A DNA stretch of 64,000 nucleotides from Syntrophorhabdales bacterium (GCA_035315185.1 DATFYE010000101.1:115-64114), one strand, 5' to 3'. Counted from the first letter of the stretch, positions 1 through 10,278 are shown. A program made the numbers and translations. The notes: generated from the sequence alone by a model not told the origin.

Positions 1-168
1 GTAGGACATTTCTACTTTGCGTTGACATTTGCCCAAATTTTGCTTGAAATGCGGGAGCACCAATGGTAATCGTTAACTGTGTTAATTCAGTCGCAGTCTT
101 GGGGAAGTGCACAAAAGACTCTTGCAGGGGCACCCACTATACTAACGAAGGCACGGAACTAACTCTGA

Positions 169-954
169 ATGAATGAATCAGACCTTAAACGTTTAGAAGA
201 AGCAGCAAAACTGCTTGAGAATCCCAGGTGGATTGCAAAGATTACCAATATGGTTGGAATGCCGATTGATTGGGCAATAAGAAACCTTCCCAAAGGCGCA
301 AGTTCAATGATAACAAAAGCAACACAAAAAGCTATAACAAAGGCTGTCGTAGTAGCAGTATCGACAATGGACCGAAAATATCGAGGTAAACCCTCTACGT
401 GGGCACATAGGTTTGCAGTGGTTACCGCTGGCGGTGCAGGAGGCTTTTTCGGTTTGCCTGGTTTAGCTATTGAATTACCCATATCAACAGCAATCATGCT
501 CAGATCAATAGCGGATATCGCAAGAAGTGAAGGCGAAAATATTGAAAATATTGACGCACAGCTTGCATGTGTCCAGGTATTTGCATTAGGGGGTTCTAAA
601 AGAAGTGATGATGCACCGGAAACAGGCTATTACGCTGTACGCATAGCACTCGCTCGTGCGCTCACTGAAGCAGGCGAGTTCATTGCCGAGAGAGGATTCG
701 TAGAAGAGGGCGCAACCGTCATAGTGCGTTTGATTGCCAGAATTGCTTCTAGATTTGGCGTGGTGGTTTCTGAGAAAGCGGCGGCAGAAACAGTTCCTAT
801 CGTCGGGGCGGCTGGTGGCGCTACAATCAACCTCCTTTTTATAAATCATTTTCAATCAATGGCACGTGGCCATTTTATAGTGAGAAGCCTTGAGCGCAAA
901 TGGGGCGAAGAAGTTGTAAAAAAGGAATATGAAAGGATTGCAAAAGAGATATAA
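169..954 (+). CDS. EcsC family protein
   Basis: 261-aa ORF. Overall pattern (N-terminal LLENPRWIAKITN, Gly/Ala-rich central segments, C-terminal FINHFQ..ARGHF) resembles EcsC-family proteins. Overlapping minus-strand ORFs have no features. Confidence 0.7.
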   Translation: MNESDLKRLEEAAKLLENPRWIAKITNMVGMPIDWAIRNLPKGASSMITKATQKAITKAVVVAVSTMDRKYRGKPSTWAHRFAVVTAGGAGGFFGLPGLAIELPISTAIMLRSIADIARSEGENIENIDAQLACVQVFALGGSKRSDDAPETGYYAVRIALARALTEAGEFIAERGFVEEGATVIVRLIARIASRFGVVVSEKAAAETVPIVGAAGGATINLLFINHFQSMARGHFIVRSLERKWGEEVVKKEYERIAKEI

Positions 955-1275
955 AGGGAACACGCATCATCTTGTCGTTGACAGACTCAAGAATCATTGA
1001 CTGGCTGCGAATTACGATACAACAGCAGGACGTCAGGCCAACAGCATGCCCTGCAACACAGCTCTGCAGGCTCAGACAGTCACTAGACCAACGAAACGAT
1101 ATCACTGCTTCCTGGAGGCTGGCCCTTCGAGCTAAACGGGTCTATTCATCACTTCGGTTGGAAATCGATAAACGCCTTTTCATGCACCAATATGTATAGC
1201 ATTGATAATAGACCGTATAATGACTAATTTTTATTAACAGCTATTCGATAAAACTGTTTTTTTTGAGAGGTGTAT

Positions 1276-1548
1276 ATGGACCGTCGCGATGAAATAGCAA
1301 AGGTTGCTCACGACCTATTTGAAAAGGATGGCAGGCTACACGGAAAAGACTTTGATCACTGGATTGAAGCCGAGGCAATAGTAAAGGCGAAGTATGAAAA
1401 AGGGAATGAAAGCAAGCCTGGAAAAGAAGTGACCGCATCCAAACCGAAGAAGAAGGCTTCAACAAAAACGGTAACAAGAAAGGCAGTAGCCAAACCAAAC
1501 GCAGCAAAAAAGATGGGAACAAAGGCAAAGACAAAAAAGATGGCATAG
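1276..1548 (+). CDS. DUF2934 domain protein with Lys-rich tail
   Basis: N-terminal IAKVAHDLFEKDGRLHGKDFDHWIEAE matches the DUF2934 pattern (IA.RAYELWE..GRP.G.D..DWL.AE). GAGAGG lies upstream of the ATG at 1276. The ORF track starts 2 codons earlier at a GTG. Confidence 0.6.
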   Translation: MDRRDEIAKVAHDLFEKDGRLHGKDFDHWIEAEAIVKAKYEKGNESKPGKEVTASKPKKKASTKTVTRKAVAKPNAAKKMGTKAKTKKMA

Positions 1549-1636
1549 ATGCCACGGGAGCCAAGCTCGAAGAATAACCCTTGGTGCATTTTGTAATAAT
1601 TAAAAATTAATAATAACTATTTCACAGGAGGCAATT

Positions 1637-1873
1637 TTGAAAAAAATGAGTGAAGATGTGTTTAGGATAAACATAACGCCACCAAGCCATACTTCTCCCT
1701 CGGTTCAGATTTTTGTACATGAATATGGTATTAAAGAGCCTGATAGAATTGCAAGCCAAACAGTAGAGGCAACAAAGGATAAAAGTAAAGACGAAATAGC
1801 CAAAGAAATAGGCCTGGAGATTATTAAAAATTCTAAGGTGTTAAAAGCATGGTTTAAAGAAAATAAAAAATAG
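1637..1873 (+). CDS. hypothetical small protein
   Basis: 78-aa ORF preceded by CAGGAGG. No recognisable family. The start could be TTG 1637 or ATG 1646. Confidence 0.4.
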   Translation: MKKMSEDVFRINITPPSHTSPSVQIFVHEYGIKEPDRIASQTVEATKDKSKDEIAKEIGLEIIKNSKVLKAWFKENKK

Positions 1874-2046
1874 AATTACACTAAAATTGATAGAGGGAGG
1901 ATGGGCTTATTATCGGCGCTTCTTCTCTCACTTTATTGCAACCACTCAAGCCACACAGGATAGCAGTGATGAGAAAGAAAAACGCTATCCTATGCATGGG
2001 TGCCCTCCTCGGGCTTTGATAGTCACTTTGCACATCAGCTTATGTG

Positions 2047-2140
2047 CCCTGTTGTAATTCAAGGCATCCTCTTATCCCTTGTCAATCCTACGTCCTTTCG
2101 GGTGGTACCGGCAATAAGTTACTGAGGTTCTGCCGTGAGC
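2047..2140 (+). repeat. possible degenerate sixth copy of the stress-leader element
   Basis: CCCTGTTGTAA (2047-) and AATAAGTTACTGAGGTTCTGCCG (around 2113-2135) resemble the two anchors of the element. The spacing between them is about 23 nt longer. Upstream of the Gly/Tyr-rich gene. Confidence 0.25.
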
Positions 2141-2252
2141 TATACCCGAAAGATATATCCGAAAGAGAGGGTCTCCATACCCCAAAGAGAGTTTACTCGA
2201 TTACCGTGGTCAGGTTACAATAATAGGTAGGAATGCACCAAAGGGGGATACC

Positions 2253-2657
2253 ATGAAAAAGACTGTTTTGATTGCCTTGCTTCTTCTCACTGGGATAGCA
2301 CTGGCCTTCCCGCAACCAGGTTACTCATGGGGTCATCGTGGGTGGGGTGGTCACCGTGGTGGGTGGTACGGTCCGGGGGCGGTTATAGGGGCAGGTATAG
2401 GGGCAGCGGCAGCTGTTGTGGGCGCGGGTGCAGCGGTTGTTGGTGCTGTCGTCGGCGGCCCAGGGTATGGGTATAATAGTGGCCCAGGGTATGGGTATTA
2501 TGGACCACCAGCTGCCTACGGCTACCCCCAGCCTGCCTACGGTTACCCCCCTCCGGTCTATGGGTATGGGTACCCTTATCACGGACCGCGGTACTATCCC
2601 GGCTACAGGTACCCTGGTTATTACGGTGGAAGGGGCCATTACGGACACCGCTGGTAG
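2253..2657 (+). CDS. secreted Gly/Tyr/Pro/His-rich low-complexity protein
   Basis: Signal-peptide-like N-terminus (MKKTVLIALLLLTGIALAF). Next comes a Gly/Ala hydrophobic stretch, then GYGY/PPxxYGYP repeats, with His/Arg/Trp-rich ends. GGGGGA RBS-like run upstream. Confidence 0.6.
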   Translation: MKKTVLIALLLLTGIALAFPQPGYSWGHRGWGGHRGGWYGPGAVIGAGIGAAAAVVGAGAAVVGAVVGGPGYGYNSGPGYGYYGPPAAYGYPQPAYGYPPPVYGYGYPYHGPRYYPGYRYPGYYGGRGHYGHRW

Positions 2658-2918
2658 ATCAGGACAAGCCTGTTCTCTCACCCGCGCCCGACCACAGTAC
2701 ATGCGGAAAGCGTAGCGCTTAATCCTCGCAAACATGAAACTCGATCTGACTATCTGATGGCCTATACGAACATTGCCGATCCCTAGTTAACAAACGATGA
2801 TGCCCTACTTGACAAGTGTAGTAACTGATTTACGATTATGAGAGAGGCTGACCCGAAAAAACCAAACCCTCCGTGAGACGGGGGCGGAAAGCGCCGGGTG
2901 GCAGGCCGGGCGTATCAT

Positions 2919-2956
2919 GCTTTTTTCTGAAACTGGAGTGAGCATCAGAAAAAAGC
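2919..2956 (-). terminator. perfect 12-bp inverted repeat immediately 3' of the YggT-like gene
   Basis: GCTTTTTTCTGA (2919-2930) pairs with TCAGAAAAAAGC (2945-2956) around a 14-nt loop. It starts 1 nt after the stop codon. The stem is AT-rich, so it is atypical for an intrinsic terminator. Confidence 0.4.
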
Positions 2957-3250
2957 TTATACGTCAGTCTCTTTACGAGAATAGGGAAAAATCATCAGAA
3001 GTAAGTATCCTGCTATACCATACACGATAAGCGCGGCAAGGGTGGCAAAATCAACCACGAAACCTGACAATTTCCAGTCCGGAAGGATTTTGGCAAATGG
3101 CGCTACAAGCCGCGCCGTGGCACCATAAAGCCAGGCAACGAACGGCGTGCCTGCATTAACTACCAAAAACTTAAATATCAGTCTGAAAGTTAAAAGTAGT
3201 TCGATAATGCCCAAGACAATATTAATGAAAGCCCTGATAATTCTAAACAT
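2957..3250 (-). CDS. YggT family membrane protein
   Basis: 97 aa with two hydrophobic segments. Pattern IIELLLTFRLIFKFL...NAGTPFVAWLY..T..LV.PF resembles YGGT repeats. Confidence 0.6.
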   Translation of the reverse strand: MFRIIRAFINIVLGIIELLLTFRLIFKFLVVNAGTPFVAWLYGATARLVAPFAKILPDWKLSGFVVDFATLAALIVYGIAGYLLLMIFPYSRKETDV

Positions 3251-3653
3251 AAATTTGTTTCAATTCTGTCTTAAGTTAATATAACTCCTATGCTCCTTCG
3301 TATGCTATTGCTGAAAATGTTCTGTTACTACTATCTAACCATAGTCTTCCGTGTAGTCAAGGTCGAAAAAATAGTTTGTCAACGGCCAAACGCAAAAAAC
3401 GCCTGAAATAAGCGTTTTCGTAATGAAAATAAACGATTAGTAACTGTTAACTTTCAGAATCGGCTCACGGTGAAGGTTAGGTAGGTGGAAGCAAAGTATG
3501 GACTGCTGCCTCTTACGATTCATTTTTGCATTTTGCCTTTCAATACGACATTACAAATTGGAAAGCCAGCCCATCTTTCGTGGTCATCGGGCACAGGTCT
3601 TACGCCACCAGAACAAACATTGGCCGGCAGAAAAAGTGTCGGGTTGCTCTTTA

Positions 3654-3929
3654 ATGACTCCTCTCGTGCAGCTGGAGGCTGCCGTCATCGGCGGGAGGGT
3701 TATCATCAAACCAGCGACCGTGAAGGAACTGGGAGACGTGATACAGGAAGCCCTGGGGGGGATGGGAGAAAAGCAGGGGCAAGCCCTGAGACATACGGTG
3801 ATTGCCCCCACGTTTAAGAACACGGGTGACAAAGGGAAAACCGCCGTCAAAAAACCTGCCAGAGATATTCTTCTAGCAGCATCTATTCTTCGAAGTGGTT
3901 ACATTTCAGCATTGTCCAGGATGCATTAG
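3654..3929 (+). CDS. hypothetical protein (weak call)
   Basis: Protein-like C-terminal part of ORF 3498..3929, starting at MTPLVQLEAAVIGG. No RBS and no family recognised. Confidence 0.25.
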   Translation: MTPLVQLEAAVIGGRVIIKPATVKELGDVIQEALGGMGEKQGQALRHTVIAPTFKNTGDKGKTAVKKPARDILLAASILRSGYISALSRMH

Positions 3930-4060
3930 TATCAGGTGCAGACTCACCTGCTTCTTCCTACTCAAATCGCGTGTCTTAACTTCGCCTCCGCCATGCCACA
4001 GTACATACATGCAAAGCCCCAGGAATAGAACAACTACCCCGCGACGCGGACCTCCGCTCC

Positions 4061-4088
4061 TTGACAATCCCAAGAAAGCAGATAAAAT
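4061..4088 (+). promoter_or_regulatory. sigma70-like promoter candidate for the SDR/Spt-like/PAP2_C operon
   Basis: TTGACA (4061-4066), 16-nt spacer, TAAAAT (4083-4088). It lies about 90 nt upstream of the SDR start. Confidence 0.5.
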
Positions 4089-4175
4089 TAGGAAAGTTAT
4101 TCTCCCTCGCCCTTCCCCATCAACGGGAGGAAGGGCGGGGAGTGAAAAATTTTACGAGTCAGGAAGAAGAATTCA

Positions 4176-5156
4176 TTGAGAGCTTTGGTCACCGGAGGCA
4201 CAGGATTTATCGGAAGCCATTTGATAGAAGCGCTTATTCGAAAAGGAGTGCAAGTCCGCTGTCTCCTTCGAAGGACCAGTGATGTGAAGTGGCTGAAAGG
4301 TCTCCCTATCGAATTCGTTCCTGGCGATTGTAGTGATAAGACTTCTTTAGGGGAGGCAGTAAGGGGTGTCGATTGGGTATTCCATTTGGCAGGTGTGACC
4401 AAGGCGATCAAAGAGGAAACCTATTTTGAAGTAAACGGCCTTGGAACAGAAAATATGATCCATGCTTGTCTCGAAAATAATCCTCGTCTTCAAAAATTCA
4501 TCTATATTTCCAGCCAAGCAGCGGCAGGGCCAAGTAGAAATGGCATCAACAAAAAGGAGTCAGACCCCTGCGAACCGGTTTCCGTTTATGGCCGGAGCAA
4601 GCGCATGGGAGAGGAATCGGTTCTCGTCCATGCCCATGAACTTCCGGCTCTCATCCTTCGGCCTTCTGCTGTCTACGGGCCAAGAGATAAGGACATCTTT
4701 GCCTTATTCAAATGCCTCTCCAGAAGGATCAAACCCTGTCTCGCGGGTCAGTACCAACGCCTCAGCCTCTGTTATGTGCAGGATATCGTCCAGGGAATTC
4801 TGTTGGCCGTTGAGACTCAGGCAAAGAGTGGAGAAATCTTTTTCCTCTCTGATGGCAATGGCTACCGGATGGAGGAGATCGGTGATATTCTTGCACACGC
4901 AATGGGGATAACCGCTTTACGCATCCGTGTTCCCGGACGAATGGTAAAGGGTATCGCCGGTTTTTCGGAATATCTTTCTAAATTGTTTGGGAGGCCTTTC
5001 CTCCTTAACAAAGATAAAGCAGAAGAAATCGTCCAAAAAGAATGGGTGTGCGATATCACAAAACCCAAAACCCTCTTGGGCTTTAAACCAAGGGTTCTAC
5101 TCCCGGAGGGGGCCAGATTAACCTTTGAATGGTACAAAAAAGAAAAATGGTTATAA
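4176..5156 (+). CDS. NAD-dependent epimerase/dehydratase-family SDR (possible ceramide/ketosphinganine reductase-like)
   Basis: N-terminal Rossmann motif VTGGTGFIGSHL. Extended-SDR YxxxK (YGRSKRMGE). TTG start gives a canonical N-terminus. Confidence 0.85.
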   Translation: MRALVTGGTGFIGSHLIEALIRKGVQVRCLLRRTSDVKWLKGLPIEFVPGDCSDKTSLGEAVRGVDWVFHLAGVTKAIKEETYFEVNGLGTENMIHACLENNPRLQKFIYISSQAAAGPSRNGINKKESDPCEPVSVYGRSKRMGEESVLVHAHELPALILRPSAVYGPRDKDIFALFKCLSRRIKPCLAGQYQRLSLCYVQDIVQGILLAVETQAKSGEIFFLSDGNGYRMEEIGDILAHAMGITALRIRVPGRMVKGIAGFSEYLSKLFGRPFLLNKDKAEEIVQKEWVCDITKPKTLLGFKPRVLLPEGARLTFEWYKKEKWL

Positions 5157-5175
5157 CATAAGAACGAGGTCGCCC

Positions 5176-6357
5176 ATGGATATCCTTGAAAAGTGCGCAC
5201 AAGCCGCGGAGTATGAATCCGGATTGAAGGAAAGTGGCCACTATTTCCTATTTCGGAGGCTCGAATCCCCGCAGGATTCTGAGGTGGTGGTCAACGGGAA
5301 GAGAGTGATCATGATCGGTTCCAACAATTACCTTGGACTCACCAACCATCCCCGGGTGAAGGAAGCAGCGATCAAAGCGATTGAAAAATATGGTACCGGC
5401 TGTGCCGGTTCACGGATTCTAAATGGGAATGTTGATATCCACGAAGAACTGGAAAAGAAGTTGGCGAGGTTCTTGCGGAAGGAAGCTGCTCTGGTCTTCG
5501 CAACCGGCTACCAAACCAATCTGGGGGTGATCTCTGCTCTTGTGGGCCGGAACGATGTCGCTATTATCGATATGTACGATCATGCAAGCATCATGGACGG
5601 CTGTCGCCTCTCCTTCGGCGAGGTCAAGAAATACCGGCATAACGACATGGACGCTCTCGAAAGAGCTCTCGAAGGAACCAAGGAAAAAGACAAACTGATC
5701 ATCGTCGATGGCGTCTTCAGCATGGAAGGAGATATTGCTGATCTCCCTGCCATTGTGAAGCTGGCCAGGACCTATGGAGCGAGGATTATGCTGGATGACG
5801 CCCACGCGATCGGCGTTCTTGGAGATGGAGGACGGGGAACGGCGGAGCATTTTGGCCTGGAAAGCGAAGTAGATCTTATCATGGGAACCCACAGCAAATC
5901 CCTTGCCGCCATCGGCGGCTTTATCGCAGGGCCATCAGATGCGATAAGTTGGATCAAACACATTGCTCGCTCGATGATGTTCAGCGCCAGTCTCCCCCCC
6001 TCCCTGGTGGCATCGGCGAGTACCGCTTTGGACATCATCGAAGAAGAGCCCGAATTAAGAGCCCGGCTTTGGAGAAATACGCACAAGATGCTGAAAGGAT
6101 ATAAAACGCTCGGATATGATACGGGAACGAGCGAAACTCCGATCATCCCCGTCGTTATTAAAGACACCATGAAAACTTACGAGATGTGCAGGCTCCTCTT
6201 CGAAAACGGGGTTTTTGTCAATGCGGTCATTAGCCCTGCAGTCCCGCAAGGACGAGAACTCCTCAGGACAAGTTACATGGCGACCCATACGGAGGAACAG
6301 CTGGATAAGGTCCTGGCTGCCTTCGAAAAGGTGGGAAGACAGGTGGGAGTGATCTGA
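5176..6357 (+). CDS. alpha-oxoamine synthase, serine palmitoyltransferase-like (PLP-dependent)
   Basis: GSNNYLGL, GTGCAGSRILNG (the Spt-like GSR.LNG variant), DDAHAIG, and PLP lysine in THSKSLAAIGG. The ATG at 5176 follows GAACGAGG. The ORF-track N-terminal extension overlaps the SDR gene. Confidence 0.85.
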   Translation: MDILEKCAQAAEYESGLKESGHYFLFRRLESPQDSEVVVNGKRVIMIGSNNYLGLTNHPRVKEAAIKAIEKYGTGCAGSRILNGNVDIHEELEKKLARFLRKEAALVFATGYQTNLGVISALVGRNDVAIIDMYDHASIMDGCRLSFGEVKKYRHNDMDALERALEGTKEKDKLIIVDGVFSMEGDIADLPAIVKLARTYGARIMLDDAHAIGVLGDGGRGTAEHFGLESEVDLIMGTHSKSLAAIGGFIAGPSDAISWIKHIARSMMFSASLPPSLVASASTALDIIEEEPELRARLWRNTHKMLKGYKTLGYDTGTSETPIIPVVIKDTMKTYEMCRLLFENGVFVNAVISPAVPQGRELLRTSYMATHTEEQLDKVLAAFEKVGRQVGVI

Positions 6358-6409
6358 CGGAAACCGACAACACGACGACATACCGCCGGCATAGGAAGGA
6401 AGGCTGGCC

Positions 6410-7261
6410 TTGAACTTAAATGCAACGGACAGAATAACTATACTCTATAATGTCATCCTGGTTATTTTCATTTTCATTTTCAGGGATAAGATCGCAGCAT
6501 ACGCGCACCATCTCGCCTTTAATCTCTCAGTTATCCTTATGGTCCTTCTATTAAGCTTCAGGAGGAGGAGCAGTTTGTCGGCCCGTACGATGGTGAGCCT
6601 CTGGTATCCAGCGGTCCTGTACTGGCTACTTTACTATCAGACCGGGTTGATCAACAGGGTTGTCGTGCCCGAGTTCCTTGATGGCTTTTTTATGAATCTG
6701 GATGTCCGGATCTTCGGCGAATTTCCCGCCTTGTTCCTCCGTGGGAAACAGGGGAACCCATTCCTCGACGAGTTTTTTCACTTTTTTTACTTTAGTTATT
6801 ATTGGGTAATTCCCCTGACCGGCATTTTGCTGTTCCGCAAGGATATAAAGGCCTTCGAGAGAGCCATTTTCCAGCTTTCCTCCTTGCTCTATCTCTGTTT
6901 TGCCATCTTCATCCTGCTGCCGGTTGAGGGACCGTTAGCATTGCGAAATGAATATTATCATCGGGGTGGCCCGTTTCAGACAATCGTCGATTTTGTTTGG
7001 GCCGGGGGAGAACTTCCTGGCGCAGCCTTTCCAAGTTCCCATGTTGCAGCTATGTTTCTTGTAGCGTGGTGGGGGAGCACGCATTTTAAAAGGATGAAAA
7101 TCCCTTACTGGTTGACCTGCCTGTTCCTGTCAATTGCCACTGTCTACTGCATGTTTCATTATGCCGTCGATGTTATGGGAGGGCTGTTCCTCGGGGTTCT
7201 GGCAGTACTTACGCTTAACCGGGTGGACATAAAACGCTATTACGAGAAGACCTTTCGCTGA
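6410..7261 (+). CDS. PAP2_C-type integral membrane phosphotransferase (sphingomyelin/IPC-synthase-like)
   Basis: Polytopic membrane protein. Has the C2/C3 motifs PSSHVA and FHYAVDV but lacks the KxxxxxxRP C1 motif, as in Aur1/SMS-type enzymes. TTG start. Confidence 0.55.
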   Translation: MNLNATDRITILYNVILVIFIFIFRDKIAAYAHHLAFNLSVILMVLLLSFRRRSSLSARTMVSLWYPAVLYWLLYYQTGLINRVVVPEFLDGFFMNLDVRIFGEFPALFLRGKQGNPFLDEFFHFFYFSYYWVIPLTGILLFRKDIKAFERAIFQLSSLLYLCFAIFILLPVEGPLALRNEYYHRGGPFQTIVDFVWAGGELPGAAFPSSHVAAMFLVAWWGSTHFKRMKIPYWLTCLFLSIATVYCMFHYAVDVMGGLFLGVLAVLTLNRVDIKRYYEKTFR

Positions 7262-7266
7262 TTCCT

Positions 7267-7938
7267 CTATCGATCGCTGACCGTCTTCGCGACAAAAATA
7301 CAAAACAGAAGCCAGGCAAATCCTGTTGCGTACCCTGCGAGGACATCTGAAAGCCAATGAACGCCCAGATAGACGCGACTAAAACCTATGAGGAGGATCA
7401 GGAGGGCCAGCAAAGTAGCCACTATCCATTTTACTGTGGCGTTATTGATAAAGCGGAAGGTCAAGTATATGCAGAAACCATAGATCACGGTAGCGGAAAA
7501 GACGTGACCGCTCGGAAAACTGGAGCCAAAGACGTACATCTCCGTTTTGGGCCGAGGTCTTTGAAAAATAACCTTGAGGATATTGAGCACAGCCTGTCCA
7601 ATGGCGACACCAAGAAAAAGAGCTAGGAGTCTCCACCAGTTCTTTCTGATGAAAAGGATTACGCCGACTATTATGGCCACCATTACTACCAGGAAAATGT
7701 TGCCAAGACTGGTTATAGTCTCCAAAGGCCCGGTTAATCCAGGATTTGCCACTCTGATTACATATGCGTTGATCTTGAGATCAAGATGGAAAAGTGTTCC
7801 CTTCTCATTTAAGGAATCGATCATCGCCGCGAAGGAAAGAATACTGAGAGCGAAGCACGTCACGCCCACAGTGAGGCCTAGTCCATGCCACTTTCCTACC
7901 CGAAACCTGTCTTTTATGAAACCCCACGCCTTGGCCAT
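7267..7938 (-). CDS. PAP2 family lipid phosphatase
   Basis: All three PAP2 motifs are present: KVIFQRPRP, PSGH, SRVYLGVHWLSD. Start moved to ATG 7938 (MAKAWGF), because the longer ORF overlaps the upstream gene. Confidence 0.8.
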   Translation of the reverse strand: MAKAWGFIKDRFRVGKWHGLGLTVGVTCFALSILSFAAMIDSLNEKGTLFHLDLKINAYVIRVANPGLTGPLETITSLGNIFLVVMVAIIVGVILFIRKNWWRLLALFLGVAIGQAVLNILKVIFQRPRPKTEMYVFGSSFPSGHVFSATVIYGFCIYLTFRFINNATVKWIVATLLALLILLIGFSRVYLGVHWLSDVLAGYATGFAWLLFCIFVAKTVSDR

Positions 7939-7961
7939 TTGAGAGCCTGTTATAAGGGCAA

Positions 7962-8468
7962 CTACTTCGGCACCATCTTTTCGCGCCACTGCTCTCCCGT
8001 CTGCAGGTCTTTGCCATACACCTCGATATAATGAACTTTGGGCCCCGTCATCCCGCCGGAAGCGTTGATGTACATCTTCTCCAAGACAGCCGGCCGGCCG
8101 TTGATGATCGCTTCGGCACGGACGACATCCTTCTCCTCCTTCACGGTGATCTGCCACACGGGGGCGGCCATCAGGCTCATCTTATAGCCGTTTACCGACG
8201 GGTCCGGCTTGATGCTAAAACCGTAGGCCTTTTTCTTCTCCATCCAGGTGAGTTTCTCCCGGTGACCGTCCTCGGCAAGCATGACCCAGTAGGCGATCAC
8301 CGGCTCCTTGGGATCCAGTTTGCCGTCCGCGGTGAGCTGGGCGTCGTAATGCACGACGTTGGCGTTCGTGTTTCGCTCTATGGTGAAGAGCGGCGAAGTT
8401 TTTATCTGAGCCGCGGCCGGCGCGGCCAGCAGCGCCAGAACGGCGAACCACCAGATTGCCTTTTTCAT
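7962..8468 (-). CDS. secreted DUF4833-like protein
   Basis: Signal peptide MKKAIWWFAVLALLAAPAAA. GGAGG RBS before ATG 8468. Pattern LFTIERNTNANVVHYDA..YWVM resembles DUF4833. Confidence 0.55.
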   Translation of the reverse strand: MKKAIWWFAVLALLAAPAAAQIKTSPLFTIERNTNANVVHYDAQLTADGKLDPKEPVIAYWVMLAEDGHREKLTWMEKKKAYGFSIKPDPSVNGYKMSLMAAPVWQITVKEEKDVVRAEAIINGRPAVLEKMYINASGGMTGPKVHYIEVYGKDLQTGEQWREKMVPK

Positions 8469-8748
8469 GAGACCTCCTTCCCGGGTAAGGGTTTCACTGC
8501 GAACCATAGCATAGGCGACGAGTCTGCCCCCCACTTATTGTACCAGTTCCAGACTTATACTACCTCCCTTTTTTTGAGGCCCTGCCAGGAGAGTTCCGTG
8601 AGAAGGGCGCTATCGTCTCCCCGGTCCGGGTGGTTCTACCCGTGAGCGTCGTGCAGCAGACGGATGGGGTTGCGCTTCATCCTTCAGCTTGAGATTTCGA
8701 TCATTTCTTCGTATAGTATCTTACAGTAAGTTTGTACCGGAGGAAGCT

Positions 8749-9021
8749 TTGCCCACCACGTTCGAACGACTGCGGCAACTTTTCATAGCCCACTTTGATT
8801 ACAAAAGTGAAGAACTGACAGCCACGACGACGCTCGAAAATTTAGGCCTCGATTCTCTCGATATCATCGAATTCATGTTTGATATCGAAAATGAATTCAA
8901 TATCAGAATTCCTGACCGGGAGTTTAAGGTAACAACAATACAGGACATGGTAGATGCTCTGGACCGGTTCATCTCGGAACAAGATTCGGAACAAGATATA
9001 GGGTCTTCAAGTAATAATTGA
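8749..9021 (+). CDS. acyl carrier protein
   Basis: Phosphopantetheine site LGLDSLDIIEF. GGAGG lies 5 nt upstream of TTG 8749. Acidic C-terminal tail. Confidence 0.8.
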   Translation: MPTTFERLRQLFIAHFDYKSEELTATTTLENLGLDSLDIIEFMFDIENEFNIRIPDREFKVTTIQDMVDALDRFISEQDSEQDIGSSSNN

Positions 9022-9039
9022 GCTCAAGATGGATTATTT

Positions 9040-10278
9040 ATGAAACGGAAAGTTGCCGTCACAGGACTGGGCATTATTTCCCCTTGTGGGAATAGTATCG
9101 ATGATTTCTCATTCAATCTCATGGCCGGCAAGTCTGGGGTTAGAAGAATCTCTTCAGCCTATTCAAGCCAGCTTTCGGTAAAGATTGCCGCTGAAGTCGA
9201 TTTTAATCCTCTCGACTATTTCGTTAAGAAACAATTGTCCGGTATGGACCGTGTCAGCCAATTCGCTTTAGCTGCCGCTTCTCAAGCCTGGAAAGATTCA
9301 GAGCTCTCTCTGGATGCGAAAGAAAAAGAGCGAGCGGGAGTGTATATCGGTTGCGGTATGGGTGGGGGGAATACCATAGAGGATCTATACGATCAACTAT
9401 TCAAGCATAACGCCGACAGGGTAAGACCGCTCACGGTGCTCATGGTGATGAATAACGCTTCTGCTTCCCACATATCGATAGAATATGGTCTCTCAGGGCC
9501 CTGTTTGACACTATCCACTGCCTGTGCTTCCTCGGCAAACGCTATCGGGGAGGCTTTCCGGCAAGTCAGAGATGGATATGTTGACGTGATGCTCGCGGGA
9601 GGGGCCGAGGCCTTCTTGACCTATGGAGGTTTCCGAAGCTGGGAAGCTCTCAGGGTGCTCGCTGTCGAAGACCCCGAAGACCCGTCAAAATCCTGTAAGC
9701 CATTCTCCAAAAACCGTACCGGTTTAGTAATGGGTGAGGGTGCCGGCATGGTGGTGCTTGAGGAGATGGAAAGGGCCGTAAGACGGGGAGCACCGATTTA
9801 CGCGGAGCTTATTGGCTATGGTTCCACATCCGATGCCGGTCATATCACCAGACCTTCTCTCGAAGGGCAGGCGCGAGCGATGGCGGAAGCACTCGAAGAC
9901 GCAGGCTTATTGCCTGAAGATATAGACTATATCAATGCTCATGGGACGGCAACTGAGTGGAATGATCTATCGGAGACACAAGCCATCAAGAAGGTATTTG
10001 GCGATTATGCCTGCAAACTTCCCGTCAGCTCCACAAAATCGATGCATGGCCACACCATGGGAGCAGCCGGCGCTATTGAATTCATTGCTTCACTGCTTGC
10101 GATAAAAAATCAAGCCGTGCCCCCAACGATCAACCTTGACCAACCTGACCCGCAGTGCGACCTCGACTATGTCCCGAATATCGGTCGTACGGGGGTGACG
10201 GTGCATAGCGTGATGTCAAATGCTTTCGCTTTTGGAGGAAGCAATGCAGCGCTCATTGCCGGGAAAATGAAGGGGTAG
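9040..10278 (+). CDS. beta-ketoacyl-ACP synthase II family (FabF-like)
   Basis: Active-site Cys in LSTACASSANAIG. His motifs NAHGTAT and SMHGHTMGAAG. C-terminal FAFGGSNAAL. Confidence 0.9.
   Translation: MKRKVAVTGLGIISPCGNSIDDFSFNLMAGKSGVRRISSAYSSQLSVKIAAEVDFNPLDYFVKKQLSGMDRVSQFALAAASQAWKDSELSLDAKEKERAGVYIGCGMGGGNTIEDLYDQLFKHNADRVRPLTVLMVMNNASASHISIEYGLSGPCLTLSTACASSANAIGEAFRQVRDGYVDVMLAGGAEAFLTYGGFRSWEALRVLAVEDPEDPSKSCKPFSKNRTGLVMGEGAGMVVLEEMERAVRRGAPIYAELIGYGSTSDAGHITRPSLEGQARAMAEALEDAGLLPEDIDYINAHGTATEWNDLSETQAIKKVFGDYACKLPVSSTKSMHGHTMGAAGAIEFIASLLAIKNQAVPPTINLDQPDPQCDLDYVPNIGRTGVTVHSVMSNAFAFGGSNAALIAGKMKG

Noticed and set aside
7939-8157. ORF-track N-terminal extensions (7267..8157, 7962..8534, 5125.., 33643.., 44413.., 45283.., 46104.., 47919.., 37546..)
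   Set aside because: The extensions overlap upstream genes or repeats and lack an RBS. Internal ATGs with Shine-Dalgarno sequences give canonical N-termini or signal peptides.
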